A stretch of DNA of 32,951 nucleotides from Bacteroidales bacterium (GCA_035389045.1 DAOORA010000009.1:62001-94951), one strand, 5' to 3'; shown: positions 1 to 9,915, counted from the stretch's first letter. Translations and numbers: made by a program. The notes: generated from the sequence alone by a model not told the origin.

Positions 1-75
1 TACGTTTGTGATTCCGTTTGCTGGACTGAGCAGGAAGGCAATATAGATGTCCGGCTGAAAGGTCAGAAGGATTGA
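1..75 (+). CDS. 3' end of a gene entering from outside the window (partial)
   Basis: Frame 1 is open from base 1 (YVCDSVCWTEQEGNIDVRLKGQKD) to TGA at 73-75. Too short to assign, and it overlaps the tail of the minus-strand ORF. Confidence 0.3.
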   Translation, partial: YVCDSVCWTEQEGNIDVRLKGQKD

Positions 76-742
76 CCTGAGAAGTCTGTGCTTTTTTTCT
101 GAGGTGGTGGTTAATAATTATTTCAAATTTGGTGGTATCAAGAAAAGTGTCAAAACGCAGGTGGTCTTTACGCTCATTGTTTTTGCCCTTCATGATGTCA
201 TCACCATATTCGTTAAGTATTACTTTCCATAACAGCTCGGTACAATAAAATTCCGAACTGTCGTCGATATTGAAAGCATTATCAAACGGCACCTGCTGTG
301 CCAGGTAGTATTTTGCTTTGCGGCTGATAGCAGATAACGGTTTATTAATTCTGGATTTATACCTTATTACGATGACAGAATTATAATGACTGTCTCTAAT
401 AAAAGCTTTAAGATTCTGTGACTGGACACCATCAACATTCGAAAGGGAACTTGATACGGAATGTACTACCATGCATCCGGTATCGTCTTTACAAACAATG
501 GCGCAATGAGAAATATCATACTGTTCATCGAGCTGTTCAACGATCATATCGCTGACCAGCCCGTAACCATGCCTGAGTATAATATCCCCGTCCTGAATCA
601 TATCAACTTCTTTATCGGAAAGGGTATACCTATAAAAAGATTGTTCCTGCATGCTATGATGTTCATAAGCATACAGGAACAATCGGAGTGATGCTGCTAT
701 TGATAAGATGATAATAAAAAGTATTACAACTATTTTTTTCAT
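2..742 (-). CDS. YiiX/YebB-like permuted papain-like (NlpC/P60 superfamily) cysteine amidase, 3' end outside the window
   Basis: Translated by hand; it is absent from the ORF track because it has no stop in the window. ATG at 742 gives MKKIVVILFIIILSIAA (signal/anchor), then IQDGDIILRHG, DISHCAIV and VPFDNAFNIDDSSEFYCTELLWK. The His-before-Cys order (SH ... FYCTEL) is typical of this family. Confidence 0.8.
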   Translation of the reverse strand, partial: MKKIVVILFIIILSIAASLRLFLYAYEHHSMQEQSFYRYTLSDKEVDMIQDGDIILRHGYGLVSDMIVEQLDEQYDISHCAIVCKDDTGCMVVHSVSSSLSNVDGVQSQNLKAFIRDSHYNSVIVIRYKSRINKPLSAISRKAKYYLAQQVPFDNAFNIDDSSEFYCTELLWKVILNEYGDDIMKGKNNERKDHLRFDTFLDTTKFEIIINHHLRKKAQTSQVNPSDLSAGHLYCLPAQSSKRNHKR

Positions 743-771
743 CTATCGGATGAGCATGTCAAAGAAATTAA

Positions 772-1197
772 TTATTCAACAGCGGCGGTTGTGTCAACAG
801 CAGTAGTATCTTCAATAGGATTAGTTTCTTCGCCGGTTCCTTCTTTTTTCTGGTCAACAAGCCATTTGCCATCTTTTTTTACTAAGTCAATTGATTCTTC
901 TTTGCCATCAGCAGTATATTTACATACTGATTTGTCTTCCGTCGTTTCGCATTTCATGTTTTCAATTTTCTTTTCTTTCACTTCCTGAGTTCCGCCAACA
1001 CCTGAAAAACTTTTCATCATATCAAGCATCTGGCCGGTTTCTTCGGTAGCAATTTTTTTAGCGTCGTCAAATTCTTTTTTGTTTAAATGATTCAGATATT
1101 TTGTCGCTACTGCTTCAGGGGTGTTTGCTTTGTCTCCGCATGATGCAAATGCTATAACGACGATAGCTGCAATTACTAAACTAAATACTTTTTTCAT
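772..1197 (-). CDS. DUF4878-like lipoprotein
   Basis: MKKVFSLVIAAIVVIAFASC lipobox, then TPEAVATKYLNHL...FDDAKK and LVKKDGKWLVD. Start moved from 1236 to ATG 1197 because a TATCTTTG promoter box lies at 1241-1234. Confidence 0.75.
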   Translation of the reverse strand: MKKVFSLVIAAIVVIAFASCGDKANTPEAVATKYLNHLNKKEFDDAKKIATEETGQMLDMMKSFSGVGGTQEVKEKKIENMKCETTEDKSVCKYTADGKEESIDLVKKDGKWLVDQKKEGTGEETNPIEDTTAVDTTAAVE

Positions 1198-1337
1198 GTT
1201 TTCTTTTTTTTGGTTATTAATTTTTGAACGGGACAAAGATAATAAGATTTTTTTGATTTTAACATTTTTTAAGAAAATTTTACTAACAATCGTTTTTGTT
1301 AGTAACTAATATTTTCATTTTTTTTTGAAAAACTAAG

Positions 1338-1345
1338 TAACTTTG
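1338..1345 (+). promoter_or_regulatory. Bacteroidota sigma-A -7 box (TAACTTTG) for the NUDIX gene
   Basis: Matches the TAnnTTTG consensus 16 nt upstream of ATG 1362. A divergent box TATCTTTG is on the minus strand at 1234-1241. Confidence 0.6.
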
Positions 1346-1361
1346 GCATGAAAAGACCAGA

Positions 1362-2042
1362 ATGAAACACGAGATTATAAAACAACATCCTGATATTATT
1401 GATTTTACGGATTTTTTGAAAGTAAGGCTTTCAAAAGAGCTTCCGGGCAAGCAGGCTCATTTCAGGATGATACCATCAGTCCGCCTGTCTGAATTTGACC
1501 CTATTCCTGAAAACGCCAGAAAAAGCAGCGTGCTGCTACTCCTTTTTGAAAAAAACGGACACCTATTTACAATTCTCATCCAACGTCCCGAATACAACGG
1601 CGTTCACAGCGCCCAGATATCATTCCCGGGCGGAAGTTTCGAAGAACGGGATATCAGCCTTGAAAATACGGCACTGCGTGAAACTGAAGAAGAAATAGGC
1701 ATAGACCGGAAACGGGTAAGCATCATCGGAAGCCTTACCGACCTGTATATCCCACCAAGCAATTACAGGATAAAACCTTTTGTTGCCTTCGGCAGTAGCA
1801 TAGAAAAATTCACTCCTGACCAGCGTGAAGTCCAGGAAATCCATACTGTTGACATCAATGAATTCGCCGGAAATAAAAATATAAAATCAAAAAAAATACG
1901 TATCCGGAACGGCATGGAATATGACACTTTTTATTACGATATCAACGGACTGACCATATGGGGAGCAACCGCCATGATACTGAGCGAATTTGCCGAACTG
2001 TACGGGGAATTTTTGCACATAAATAACTATTCAACCGATTAA
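1362..2042 (+). CDS. NUDIX hydrolase, CoA pyrophosphatase family
   Basis: HSAQISFPGG...ENTALRETEEEIG Nudix box and C-terminal IWGATAMIL. Confidence 0.9.
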   Translation: MKHEIIKQHPDIIDFTDFLKVRLSKELPGKQAHFRMIPSVRLSEFDPIPENARKSSVLLLLFEKNGHLFTILIQRPEYNGVHSAQISFPGGSFEERDISLENTALRETEEEIGIDRKRVSIIGSLTDLYIPPSNYRIKPFVAFGSSIEKFTPDQREVQEIHTVDINEFAGNKNIKSKKIRIRNGMEYDTFYYDINGLTIWGATAMILSEFAELYGEFLHINNYSTD

Positions 2043-2099
2043 CCTAAATGATGCCTATTACCTATGTATTTGGTAAACGACAATGCTTAATTACGATCT

Positions 2100-4193
2100 A
2101 TGAAACAACGCTTTGTACAGAAATTCAGTCCGGTGATTTTTATAATATTTCTGGCGGGATTGTGTTTTTTATACCAATACGATAAAATTTTTACGTACCG
2201 CCCGGTTTCGGTGCATCAGCACAGGCAATGCGACTGCCTTTCGTTTGCATACAACTATTATAAATGCAACAATAATTTTTTCGAACCCGGGATCAATTAT
2301 TTGTCAGGGAAAAGTTTTGAAGGCAGGGCTGCTGCTGAATTTCCTGTATTACAGTACCTGGTCGCACAACTCTGGAACGTATTCGGGTATCATGAATGGA
2401 TTTACAGATTCCTGGTATTTTTTATCATGTTCTCAGGCCTGCTGGCATTGTTCTTTGTATTCCGATACATACTCAACGATACGTTCTGGCAGATACTTCT
2501 GCCCTTATGGCTTTTTTCTTCACCCATCCTGATATATTATGGTAATAATTTTTTGGCAGATGTGCCCGCCCTGAGCCTGACATTTATTGGGTGGTATTTT
2601 TTTATCCGATATCTGAAAAAACCGGCATCCATCAGCCTGGTGTTAGTATTTTTATTTTTCTGCCTGGCTATGCTGCTGAAGATTACAGCCGGCATAAGTT
2701 TTCTCGCCCTTACAGGATTGTTCGTATCGGAGCGGCTAAAATTTTTCAAAAATAATGAAAAGCCGCTGTTTCAGCGTCCGTGGATCGCTCTTTCATTGAT
2801 ATTGTCTGTTTGTGCTATTGTGTTTTCCTGGTATTTATATGCCGTACTCTATAATAAGGCCAATACCCGGCCCGACGAATACCAGATATTTCTCACCGGG
2901 ATATTACCTGTATGGGATTTATCCTATGAGGAAATAATAAGAATACTCAGAATTATTTTTGATTACCAGGCCGGAAATTATTTCAACAAATTGGGATTGT
3001 TTTCCGTGTTTACCTTTTTCATCATTGTTTTAGTAAATTATAAAAAAACTAACCGGAGGTTATTGCTGATAAACGTCATCATTTTTATTTCATGCATCGG
3101 CGGCATATTGTTATGGTTCAGGGTGTTTGACGATCATGATTATTACCTGGTCAACTATCTTATTTTTATTCCGGCAAGCTGTCTTACTTTTTTCGAATAC
3201 CTGCAGTCGAAACATCCGCAATGGCTCCAATCGCTGCGCATGAAGATACCTATATTGGGCATCGCCCTGATAAGTATTTACTGGGGATATGCAAAAATTG
3301 ACGGACGTTATGCCGCAGCAGACAAACAGGAATATCAGTATTCATCATTGTTATCCACGCATGAAGTAGAATATCTGAGGTATTCGCATTGGATATATCC
3401 CATGCAGCGAAAAGCATTTGAAACCATAACTCCCTACCTCCGTTCGATAGGAATCACTGAAAAAGACCTGGTATTTTCTTTTCCGGATCCTTCACCGAAT
3501 ATCACCCTGTACCTGATGGGTCAAAGAGGTATCTCCATCCAGCAGGACAATGGTACAGGTCTACTGAAAACCTTAGACTATTATAAAATTCTTGGCATTA
3601 AATATTTTATTCTTGGCGATACCAGTCTGCTGCATGATGAAACGATTAAAAAATTGCTGTCAAAAAAAATCGGAGCATACCAGACTGTCTCTGTTTACGA
3701 TATCAGCGGCATTGCGGTTTATAACGAATATGCCGCATGTGACGCAGAAGTTCCGGATGACAAAAGTGAATTTTTTGAAGGTAAGGCAGGTAGCAACATG
3801 CAATTTGGCAATGCATATTTAAGAACCGATAAAAAATCACACGGTGGGAAATATTCTGTCGGGCTGGATGCAACCAACCAATTCGGCTTTACGGCCAAGT
3901 TACCCGTTGTCACTGCCGGTGAGGTCATCAGAATTTCGGTTTGGCGTTATTCGGATTATGAAAATACCAATGCCGGTATTTGTGTATCTGCCGAAAATCC
4001 TGATGATTTTTATGCCTTTAATTCCAAACCGGGAAACAACGGCGCTGATGGCTGGCAGCAAATTTCCATCGAAATAAAGCCCCCCGACACAATGCAGGGT
4101 AAAGAATTGTCAGTATATGTTTTTAATCCTGATAAAAAGGGGAATGTATATTTTGATGATCTTGAGATATCAATGATGAAGGCATCCCGGTAA
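2100..4193 (+). CDS. GT-C (ArnT/PMT-like) membrane glycosyltransferase with C-terminal carbohydrate-binding-like beta-sandwich
   Basis: Multi-TM protein with HQHRQCD, EFPVLQYLVA and NNFLADVPAL motifs. The last ~150 aa (SHGGKYSV...WQQISIEI...VYFDDLEI) look CBM4/9-like. Confidence 0.7.
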   Translation: MKQRFVQKFSPVIFIIFLAGLCFLYQYDKIFTYRPVSVHQHRQCDCLSFAYNYYKCNNNFFEPGINYLSGKSFEGRAAAEFPVLQYLVAQLWNVFGYHEWIYRFLVFFIMFSGLLALFFVFRYILNDTFWQILLPLWLFSSPILIYYGNNFLADVPALSLTFIGWYFFIRYLKKPASISLVLVFLFFCLAMLLKITAGISFLALTGLFVSERLKFFKNNEKPLFQRPWIALSLILSVCAIVFSWYLYAVLYNKANTRPDEYQIFLTGILPVWDLSYEEIIRILRIIFDYQAGNYFNKLGLFSVFTFFIIVLVNYKKTNRRLLLINVIIFISCIGGILLWFRVFDDHDYYLVNYLIFIPASCLTFFEYLQSKHPQWLQSLRMKIPILGIALISIYWGYAKIDGRYAAADKQEYQYSSLLSTHEVEYLRYSHWIYPMQRKAFETITPYLRSIGITEKDLVFSFPDPSPNITLYLMGQRGISIQQDNGTGLLKTLDYYKILGIKYFILGDTSLLHDETIKKLLSKKIGAYQTVSVYDISGIAVYNEYAACDAEVPDDKSEFFEGKAGSNMQFGNAYLRTDKKSHGGKYSVGLDATNQFGFTAKLPVVTAGEVIRISVWRYSDYENTNAGICVSAENPDDFYAFNSKPGNNGADGWQQISIEIKPPDTMQGKELSVYVFNPDKKGNVYFDDLEISMMKASR

Positions 4194-4393
4194 TAACTGA
4201 CTTAAGTTTTGCATGATTTTTTTATGTCAAGCAGCCGGACCCAACGGGGCAATGAGGGTTGAGTCCGTGACTGACCGTAGTTTGTTCATTTTGACTATAT
4301 GTAAAAAGTTGTTTCCCATAGTGTTAATCTCTTTGCAATCCACAAATGATTGGTATTTTATCAATTTTATTTTTTATGCGAAACTTCAGTAAC

Positions 4394-4563
4394 TAGTGTC
4401 TGAGCGGAAACTCAGTGTCTGAATCGAAAAGTTCAGTTTCGAGGCCTGTCTGACTGGCCAGCCAGGCAGGCTTGCGAAGCGACAAAAAGCGGAGTTTACT
4501 GGGGTAAATGAGCATTTTTGGAGCAAGCGTAACGAAGAAAATGGAGTTTTCGTTCAGACACTA
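4394..4563. mobile_element. MITE-like non-autonomous element, copy 1
   Basis: 20-bp terminal inverted repeats match at 18/20: TAGTGTCTGAGCGGAAACTC (4394-4413) versus the reverse complement of 4544-4563, TAGTGTCTGAACGAAAACTC. No ORF; lies between convergent genes; related copy at 16333-16509. Confidence 0.7.
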
Positions 4564-4605
4564 ACTAAAAAGAATGAACCGGCAAACCATGTATGTCCGG
4601 TGGTA

Positions 4606-6087
4606 TTATGGTTCTTTTTTTAAGATAAACAAATCGTTTTCGTCATATTTCAAAACAAAATGATCTTTTTCGATACATTCGTTCATCTTTTTAAAAAAAT
4701 CTTCTTTGGTCAACGGGTAATAATCTCCCTGCACTAAAACAACGTAGGCAGCATCTTTGACCACGGGAAAATGATATAACTTTTCACGGCAAGCCAAATG
4801 GGGTGCAATAGTGGAAGTCACTGAAACAGGAACCTTATCTGGTATAGATCTAAGCGCCGAATTAATCTCTTTGATATTCAGATGGGTTTTGTAGTGTATT
4901 TTATCATAAAATGCTACATTCGTTTTATTATACCATGGTTTTTTGCATATTTCCATAGCGCTGTATGTGAACCACATTGTTGCAGCAGTTGTTAACAGGG
5001 CAATGATCCAGGCTGTCTTCTTAGATTTTATATTTCCCAGCAAATCTGTCAGACAAAGACTTATCAGCGGCACAAACTCAATGGAATATTGTCCCCCGAT
5101 ACCCCAGATACCGAAATCGTTTGTCAGAAACTTCTGAAAATATACCGGTATGAGCATCACCAGATAATAAGGTCTGCAAAATAAGGCATAGCCACCCGAA
5201 ACCAGCACCATGAAATGCAGTTCAGATTTCATTCCGAAAGTCATTTCATTATTTAAAGGGCTTTCAAATAAGTGTGAAAATATATACCTGGGGTCTTTAA
5301 ACACATTAATAAAAATCTCCGAAACAGAATTCCCTAATTGTGAATACCGGTTAACCGGATTGACTCCGTCAGGATCCAGCACCGGCATGACCATGCTCAC
5401 GATTACCACAAAATAAAAAAAAGACAGCAGCACCAGGGGTAATTCAAATTTCAGAATTCGTATAAATTCAGATTTTACACCTTTTTCCATAAACCGTTTT
5501 ATGATCAGCCCCAGCATAATAAATCCCAGCCACAGCGACATATTCTCTTTTGAAATAAGGATCAGCAGAAAAAAAAGCAGGAATAGTTTTTTGTTGTCCT
5601 TTTCATAAGAATAAAACAACCATGGAACTAACATGGCTGCAATCACATTGTTGTGATAATCGGAAGCCAGGGCAAAATAGATCCCCCAGATGCAGAAAAA
5701 CTGAAACAATAGAAGAACAGGCAACCGGGAGGAAGTATGCCTGATGCAGGCATATTTATAAATGCCAATACCCCCGGCCAGTATAAACACAATTTGTATG
5801 ATAAGCAGCGTATAGGAGCCGAACACATAGTACAATGGACTAAATAACAGAGTTATAGGCGAAAAATGGTCTCCAAAATAATTGACTTCATTTCCGTTTA
5901 CATCTAAAGTAAAATAATTTGCCCTGAAATGAGAGAAACAGTACAATGCCTGATTAAACATGCCAAGGTCAAGGGCATAGGTTCTGAACAGAAAATGGTT
6001 TACCAGGGAGATTGATCCGTAAATCAATGCAAAAACAATTACTATTACTGATACCAGATAATTTCTTCCTGAAAGTGATGAATTCAT
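4606..6087 (-). CDS. DUF2079 family membrane protein (GT-C-like)
   Basis: ALDLGMFNQAL, YFGDHFSP, DYHNNV and SKEN motifs with many TM segments. Confidence 0.8.
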   Translation of the reverse strand: MNSSLSGRNYLVSVIVIVFALIYGSISLVNHFLFRTYALDLGMFNQALYCFSHFRANYFTLDVNGNEVNYFGDHFSPITLLFSPLYYVFGSYTLLIIQIVFILAGGIGIYKYACIRHTSSRLPVLLLFQFFCIWGIYFALASDYHNNVIAAMLVPWLFYSYEKDNKKLFLLFFLLILISKENMSLWLGFIMLGLIIKRFMEKGVKSEFIRILKFELPLVLLSFFYFVVIVSMVMPVLDPDGVNPVNRYSQLGNSVSEIFINVFKDPRYIFSHLFESPLNNEMTFGMKSELHFMVLVSGGYALFCRPYYLVMLIPVYFQKFLTNDFGIWGIGGQYSIEFVPLISLCLTDLLGNIKSKKTAWIIALLTTAATMWFTYSAMEICKKPWYNKTNVAFYDKIHYKTHLNIKEINSALRSIPDKVPVSVTSTIAPHLACREKLYHFPVVKDAAYVVLVQGDYYPLTKEDFFKKMNECIEKDHFVLKYDENDLFILKKEP

Positions 6088-6097
6088 TTAAAAATAC

Positions 6098-7702
6098 TTA
6101 TTTCAAATTCCTTAAATCAAAGATACCGATATTGTGATACTGCCCTATTTTCTTTGTAGTAAAATATGCTATTTCGGGATTTTTATATAGTTCCGGATCA
6201 TTAATAAAAAGATATTTAGCACCACTGCTGATAAAAAGCCTTATCCGTTCCCCCTCCGGCATATCGTTGTAATAAAGCGAGGTAAACCCTTTCTGATCCA
6301 TAAGTGACAAGCTGACGTTCGGACTTATATCGGGAATGCTGACCACCAGGTCATCGCGGTTCATGCCCAGCGAGCGAATATATGGAGTGATGGTCTGGTA
6401 CGCTTTGAACCTGTTAAAATAATCCCATATACTGTAAGCCCGCCAATCAAATTCATCCTTCAAAATAATAACATGCGTTCCCGGCCATGTATGGGCATAA
6501 TCATATTTGATCCGCTCTTTCAGTGCACAACAATAAGTGCAAAAAATCAACACGGCCATCACAGCCATTTTAACTTTTTTTGAATTAAAGATAGTGGCTT
6601 TGCTGGATTTCAAAAACCACAAAAATGAAACAAATAACGGAGGAACAATAAGAAACAATTCAAGCAGATAATACTCATGTTCGGTGAGATTATTAAACCA
6701 TAAAACTAAATACAAGGATAACTCCAGCGCTACAATTACTGTAAATATCAACCCATACCTGTTTTGTTTTTTACCGGTGATGAACATAACCACCAGTATT
6801 AATGGCACCAATATCAACAGAGGCATGAAATGTAATTCGTGCAGAGCATTTTTATAAAACCCCGACCATATCTGCCTGATATCGTCTGCCTCCCATAACG
6901 GCCTGATCGTGGTCAGAAAATACCGCGACACATAGGTTTTATTATAATATCTTGCTAATATAACCCATGCTAATAGACAAATAACCGGCAACAGCAGCAT
7001 GAACAGGTGCAGTCCTTTTTTATGAAAAATACCTGATTTCAGAAAACCGACTAGTTCAAGAAACAAAATCAAAATCAGCGGTAAAACGCCAATGATCATG
7101 GTAGCCCTGAGCAAAACAGATAGTATCATTAAAAAAACCGACAGACAAAAATACCGGGATTTTTTTTCAGCAGAGAAGACGATTATCAAATACCATGCAA
7201 TAAAAATCAAGCCAAGTGCTGCTGCATTGATCATGAAATTATTAGCATAAAATGCATAAAGCGGAGAGCTCAGAACAAACAAAGCAATGGCACAGGCCCA
7301 GGTGAAATCCTTCAACACATAAAAAGCTGTTTTGAATAAAAAAAACAATCCTAAAAAGGTAATGATCAGGTTCAGCAGACGGAACGTTATAAAATTCGGA
7401 GTGGTGATTTTCCAGATAAGCGCATTTAAATAATACAGGCCCGGAAACTCCCCGACTCCCCTGCCATCGACAGAACCCTGATGATGGATCTTTGGCGCAC
7501 AGAAATTCATTCCTTCATGATAGTAATTCAATGCCATAGAATATCCATCTGCCTGCCGCCAGTAATGATTGGAAAACGGAGGATATCGTATAATATCGTG
7601 GAAATTATATAAGAAAGAAACGGCAACTAAAACAAGTAAGAAGCGGGCGCCGGGGAGCAGCTTCATTTTTTTCAGGACTATTTTCAGTTTGCGGGCTAGC
7701 AT
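6098..7702 (-). CDS. GT-C (ArnT/PMT-like) membrane glycosyltransferase, paralogue of 2100..4193
   Basis: HYWRQADGYSMALNYY, GEFPGLYYL, FLTTIRPLW, HEYYL and ITPYIRSLG...DLVVSIPDISPN correspond to motifs in the 2100..4193 protein. Confidence 0.75.
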   Translation of the reverse strand: MLARKLKIVLKKMKLLPGARFLLVLVAVSFLYNFHDIIRYPPFSNHYWRQADGYSMALNYYHEGMNFCAPKIHHQGSVDGRGVGEFPGLYYLNALIWKITTPNFITFRLLNLIITFLGLFFLFKTAFYVLKDFTWACAIALFVLSSPLYAFYANNFMINAAALGLIFIAWYLIIVFSAEKKSRYFCLSVFLMILSVLLRATMIIGVLPLILILFLELVGFLKSGIFHKKGLHLFMLLLPVICLLAWVILARYYNKTYVSRYFLTTIRPLWEADDIRQIWSGFYKNALHELHFMPLLILVPLILVVMFITGKKQNRYGLIFTVIVALELSLYLVLWFNNLTEHEYYLLELFLIVPPLFVSFLWFLKSSKATIFNSKKVKMAVMAVLIFCTYCCALKERIKYDYAHTWPGTHVIILKDEFDWRAYSIWDYFNRFKAYQTITPYIRSLGMNRDDLVVSIPDISPNVSLSLMDQKGFTSLYYNDMPEGERIRLFISSGAKYLFINDPELYKNPEIAYFTTKKIGQYHNIGIFDLRNLK

Positions 7703-7795
7703 TTGTTAAAATGCATTATAGGTTCAAATTTCTTCTGGTTATCTGTAGTATTTCACAAGCCGGACTTAACACAATTCAACTGCAGGTATCCTGCT

Positions 7796-8725
7796 TTAAT
7801 CATAATTGGATTCCTTTATGATGAACCGGGGCCTTTTCTTAACCTCCATATAGATCCGGCCAACATACTCTCCTATTATCCCGAGTAAGATCATAATGAT
7901 ACCGCCCACAAACAAAACGCTGATGATAACCGATGTCCAGCCACTGACGGTCTTGTCTGTGAGTATATTTATTAATAATGCATAAACGCCATAACAGAAT
8001 GACAGAAAAGACACAATAAGTCCCAGGTAAGTTGCTAATTTTAAGGGCTTTATAGAAAAAGAAAATATTCCGCTGGTGGCCAGAGAAATCATTTTTTTAA
8101 ATGTATACTTGGTGCTACCCGAAAAACGCTTATTGGGTTTATACATGATGCCATAACGGTCATATCCTACCCAGTTAAAAATACCTCTTAAAAAAAGAAA
8201 ACTTTCGTTAATATCGTTCTTCAGCACGGCTGCCACTTTTTTATCAATCAGGCGGAAGTCAGCTGCACCGGCATCGACAGTAACATCAGAAAAAATATTC
8301 AGGAGTTTATAATACATCGCGGAAGTTATATTTTTAAAAAACGAAAGCGAAGGATCCTTTTCCCTGATCGTATAAACAATATCAAAACCTTCTTTCCATT
8401 TACTGATCATGGCGGGAATCAACTCAGCAGGATGCTGCATATCCCCGTCCATCATAATCAGACAGTCTCCTTTGGCTTTGGACATACCGGCAAATAAGGC
8501 ATTCTGATGTCCGAAATTCCGCGATAGCGAAATATATTTGACCCTGCCGGGGTGTGCTTCGGACAAATGTTTGATCCTCAACAAAGTATCGTCGCTGCTC
8601 CCGTCATCAATAAACAATATTTCCAGTTGATCTCCGGCATAGTCGTTTTCGAATATTTTTCCATAAACCCGCTCCACATTCTCCCCTTCATTATAGCAGG
8701 GTATTATAATTGAAATCAGTGACAT
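7796..8725 (-). CDS. GT2 polyprenyl-phosphate glycosyltransferase (GtrB/ArnC-like)
   Basis: IIIPCYNE, FIDDGSSD, SRNFGHQNAL, MDGDMQHP, DFRLID, two C-terminal TM helices and GEYVGRIYMEVKKRP. TAACTTTG promoter box at 8762-8755. Confidence 0.9.
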   Translation of the reverse strand: MSLISIIIPCYNEGENVERVYGKIFENDYAGDQLEILFIDDGSSDDTLLRIKHLSEAHPGRVKYISLSRNFGHQNALFAGMSKAKGDCLIMMDGDMQHPAELIPAMISKWKEGFDIVYTIREKDPSLSFFKNITSAMYYKLLNIFSDVTVDAGAADFRLIDKKVAAVLKNDINESFLFLRGIFNWVGYDRYGIMYKPNKRFSGSTKYTFKKMISLATSGIFSFSIKPLKLATYLGLIVSFLSFCYGVYALLINILTDKTVSGWTSVIISVLFVGGIIMILLGIIGEYVGRIYMEVKKRPRFIIKESNYD

Positions 8726-8813
8726 AATCCTATTTTAATCATAAATCAGATTCACAAAGTTATTATTTTTAAATAATTTTCGGTAATAAATCCATGCTCA
8801 AGAAACAAAGTTA

Positions 8814-9227
8814 TTATTCTGAATTAATCTCATAAACGATCTCGGTACCCTTCCGGAGCAGCGCACTTACCCCGCAATATTTTTCCTGCGACAACTCAAT
8901 GGCTTTCCTAAGCTTGTCTTCAGGAAGGTTTTTACCTTTAAAATAATATGTGATAGTTATTTTTTTATAATATTTCGGATGTTCTTCAGTAAGCTCCCCT
9001 TCCACAGTGATGTGAAATTCCTCAGGGTATACCCTCATTTTTTTCAGTACCGAAATAACATCCATGCCGGTGCAACCTGACAAAGAAACCAATGTAAGGG
9101 CCTTGGGCTTGGGGCCACGGTTGCTGCCACCCGACATTTCATCGGTATCCATAATTATGATATGGTCATCAATCTGGGCTTCAAATGCCATATTGTCAAT
9201 CCAGCGACATTCTATTTTTGACTTCAT
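8814..9227 (-). CDS. OsmC/YhfA family protein
   Basis: GGSNRGPKP...LSGCTGMDV and LSQEKYCGVS with two conserved cysteines. Confidence 0.9.
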   Translation of the reverse strand: MKSKIECRWIDNMAFEAQIDDHIIIMDTDEMSGGSNRGPKPKALTLVSLSGCTGMDVISVLKKMRVYPEEFHITVEGELTEEHPKYYKKITITYYFKGKNLPEDKLRKAIELSQEKYCGVSALLRKGTEIVYEINSE

Positions 9228-9276
9228 TATATTGTATTTTTTATAAATTTGCAGATATCACAAACTTAGTAAAAAA

Positions 9277-9915
9277 ATGAAAACTCAATCCCGGTTTTAT
9301 TTATTTCTGCTTCTGTTCGGCTTTGTAATGGCTTTTGCCCAATGTAAGAAAGAAGAGAATGTAACTACGAAAACTGACGAACTGGCGTTTACCGAAGCTG
9401 AAAAAGCGCTTATTTACAGTGGAAGCAACGATTCTATTATGCGTATCATGAATTATTTCGTTCATGCCGATTCACTCATATTGCGGAAACAATCCATAGA
9501 TGTAAATTTCAATGATACGGCTACCTTAAACCATCTGATCAACCGGATGAAGGCCACGCTTTTTCATGAATCAAACGGCGTCGGGCTGGCCTCTCCGCAA
9601 GTTGGCATCAACAGAAACGTTATGTGGGTTCAGCGTCTGGATAAACCCGGGCAACCCTTTGAATGTTACCTCAATCCCAAAATCATCCTGTATTCGAACA
9701 AGGCTGTGATATTTCCATGGGATGGCTGCCTCTCTGTTCCGGACACTTCCGGGGCCTCGCACCGGTATTCCGCTGTGGTGGTCAATTATGATAAACCAGA
9801 CGGAAGCAACCATACCGAACTGATCGAAGGGTATATCAGCGCCAATTTCACCGCAGTGATCTTCCAGCACGAAATTGACCACCTCAATGGCATCATATTT
9901 CTCGACCGGCTTTAA
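9277..9915 (+). CDS. def: peptide deformylase with N-terminal lipoprotein-like signal
   Basis: Motifs GVGLASPQVG, DGCLS (canonical EGCLS) and QHEIDHLNG. N-terminus is MKTQSRFYLFLLLFGFVMAFAQC-KKEE. TAAATTTG promoter box at 9244-9251. Confidence 0.85.
   Translation: MKTQSRFYLFLLLFGFVMAFAQCKKEENVTTKTDELAFTEAEKALIYSGSNDSIMRIMNYFVHADSLILRKQSIDVNFNDTATLNHLINRMKATLFHESNGVGLASPQVGINRNVMWVQRLDKPGQPFECYLNPKIILYSNKAVIFPWDGCLSVPDTSGASHRYSAVVVNYDKPDGSNHTELIEGYISANFTAVIFQHEIDHLNGIIFLDRL

Noticed and set aside
461..691. 76-aa plus-strand ORF
   Set aside because: Antisense shadow of the YiiX-like amidase gene, which has clear family motifs on the minus strand.
4226..4319. Hairpin CGGACCCAAC/GTTGAGTCCG and a possible 30-aa minus-strand ORF
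   Set aside because: No U-tract next to the stem, no recognisable RNA family and no coding support. It may be a weak terminator but cannot be called.
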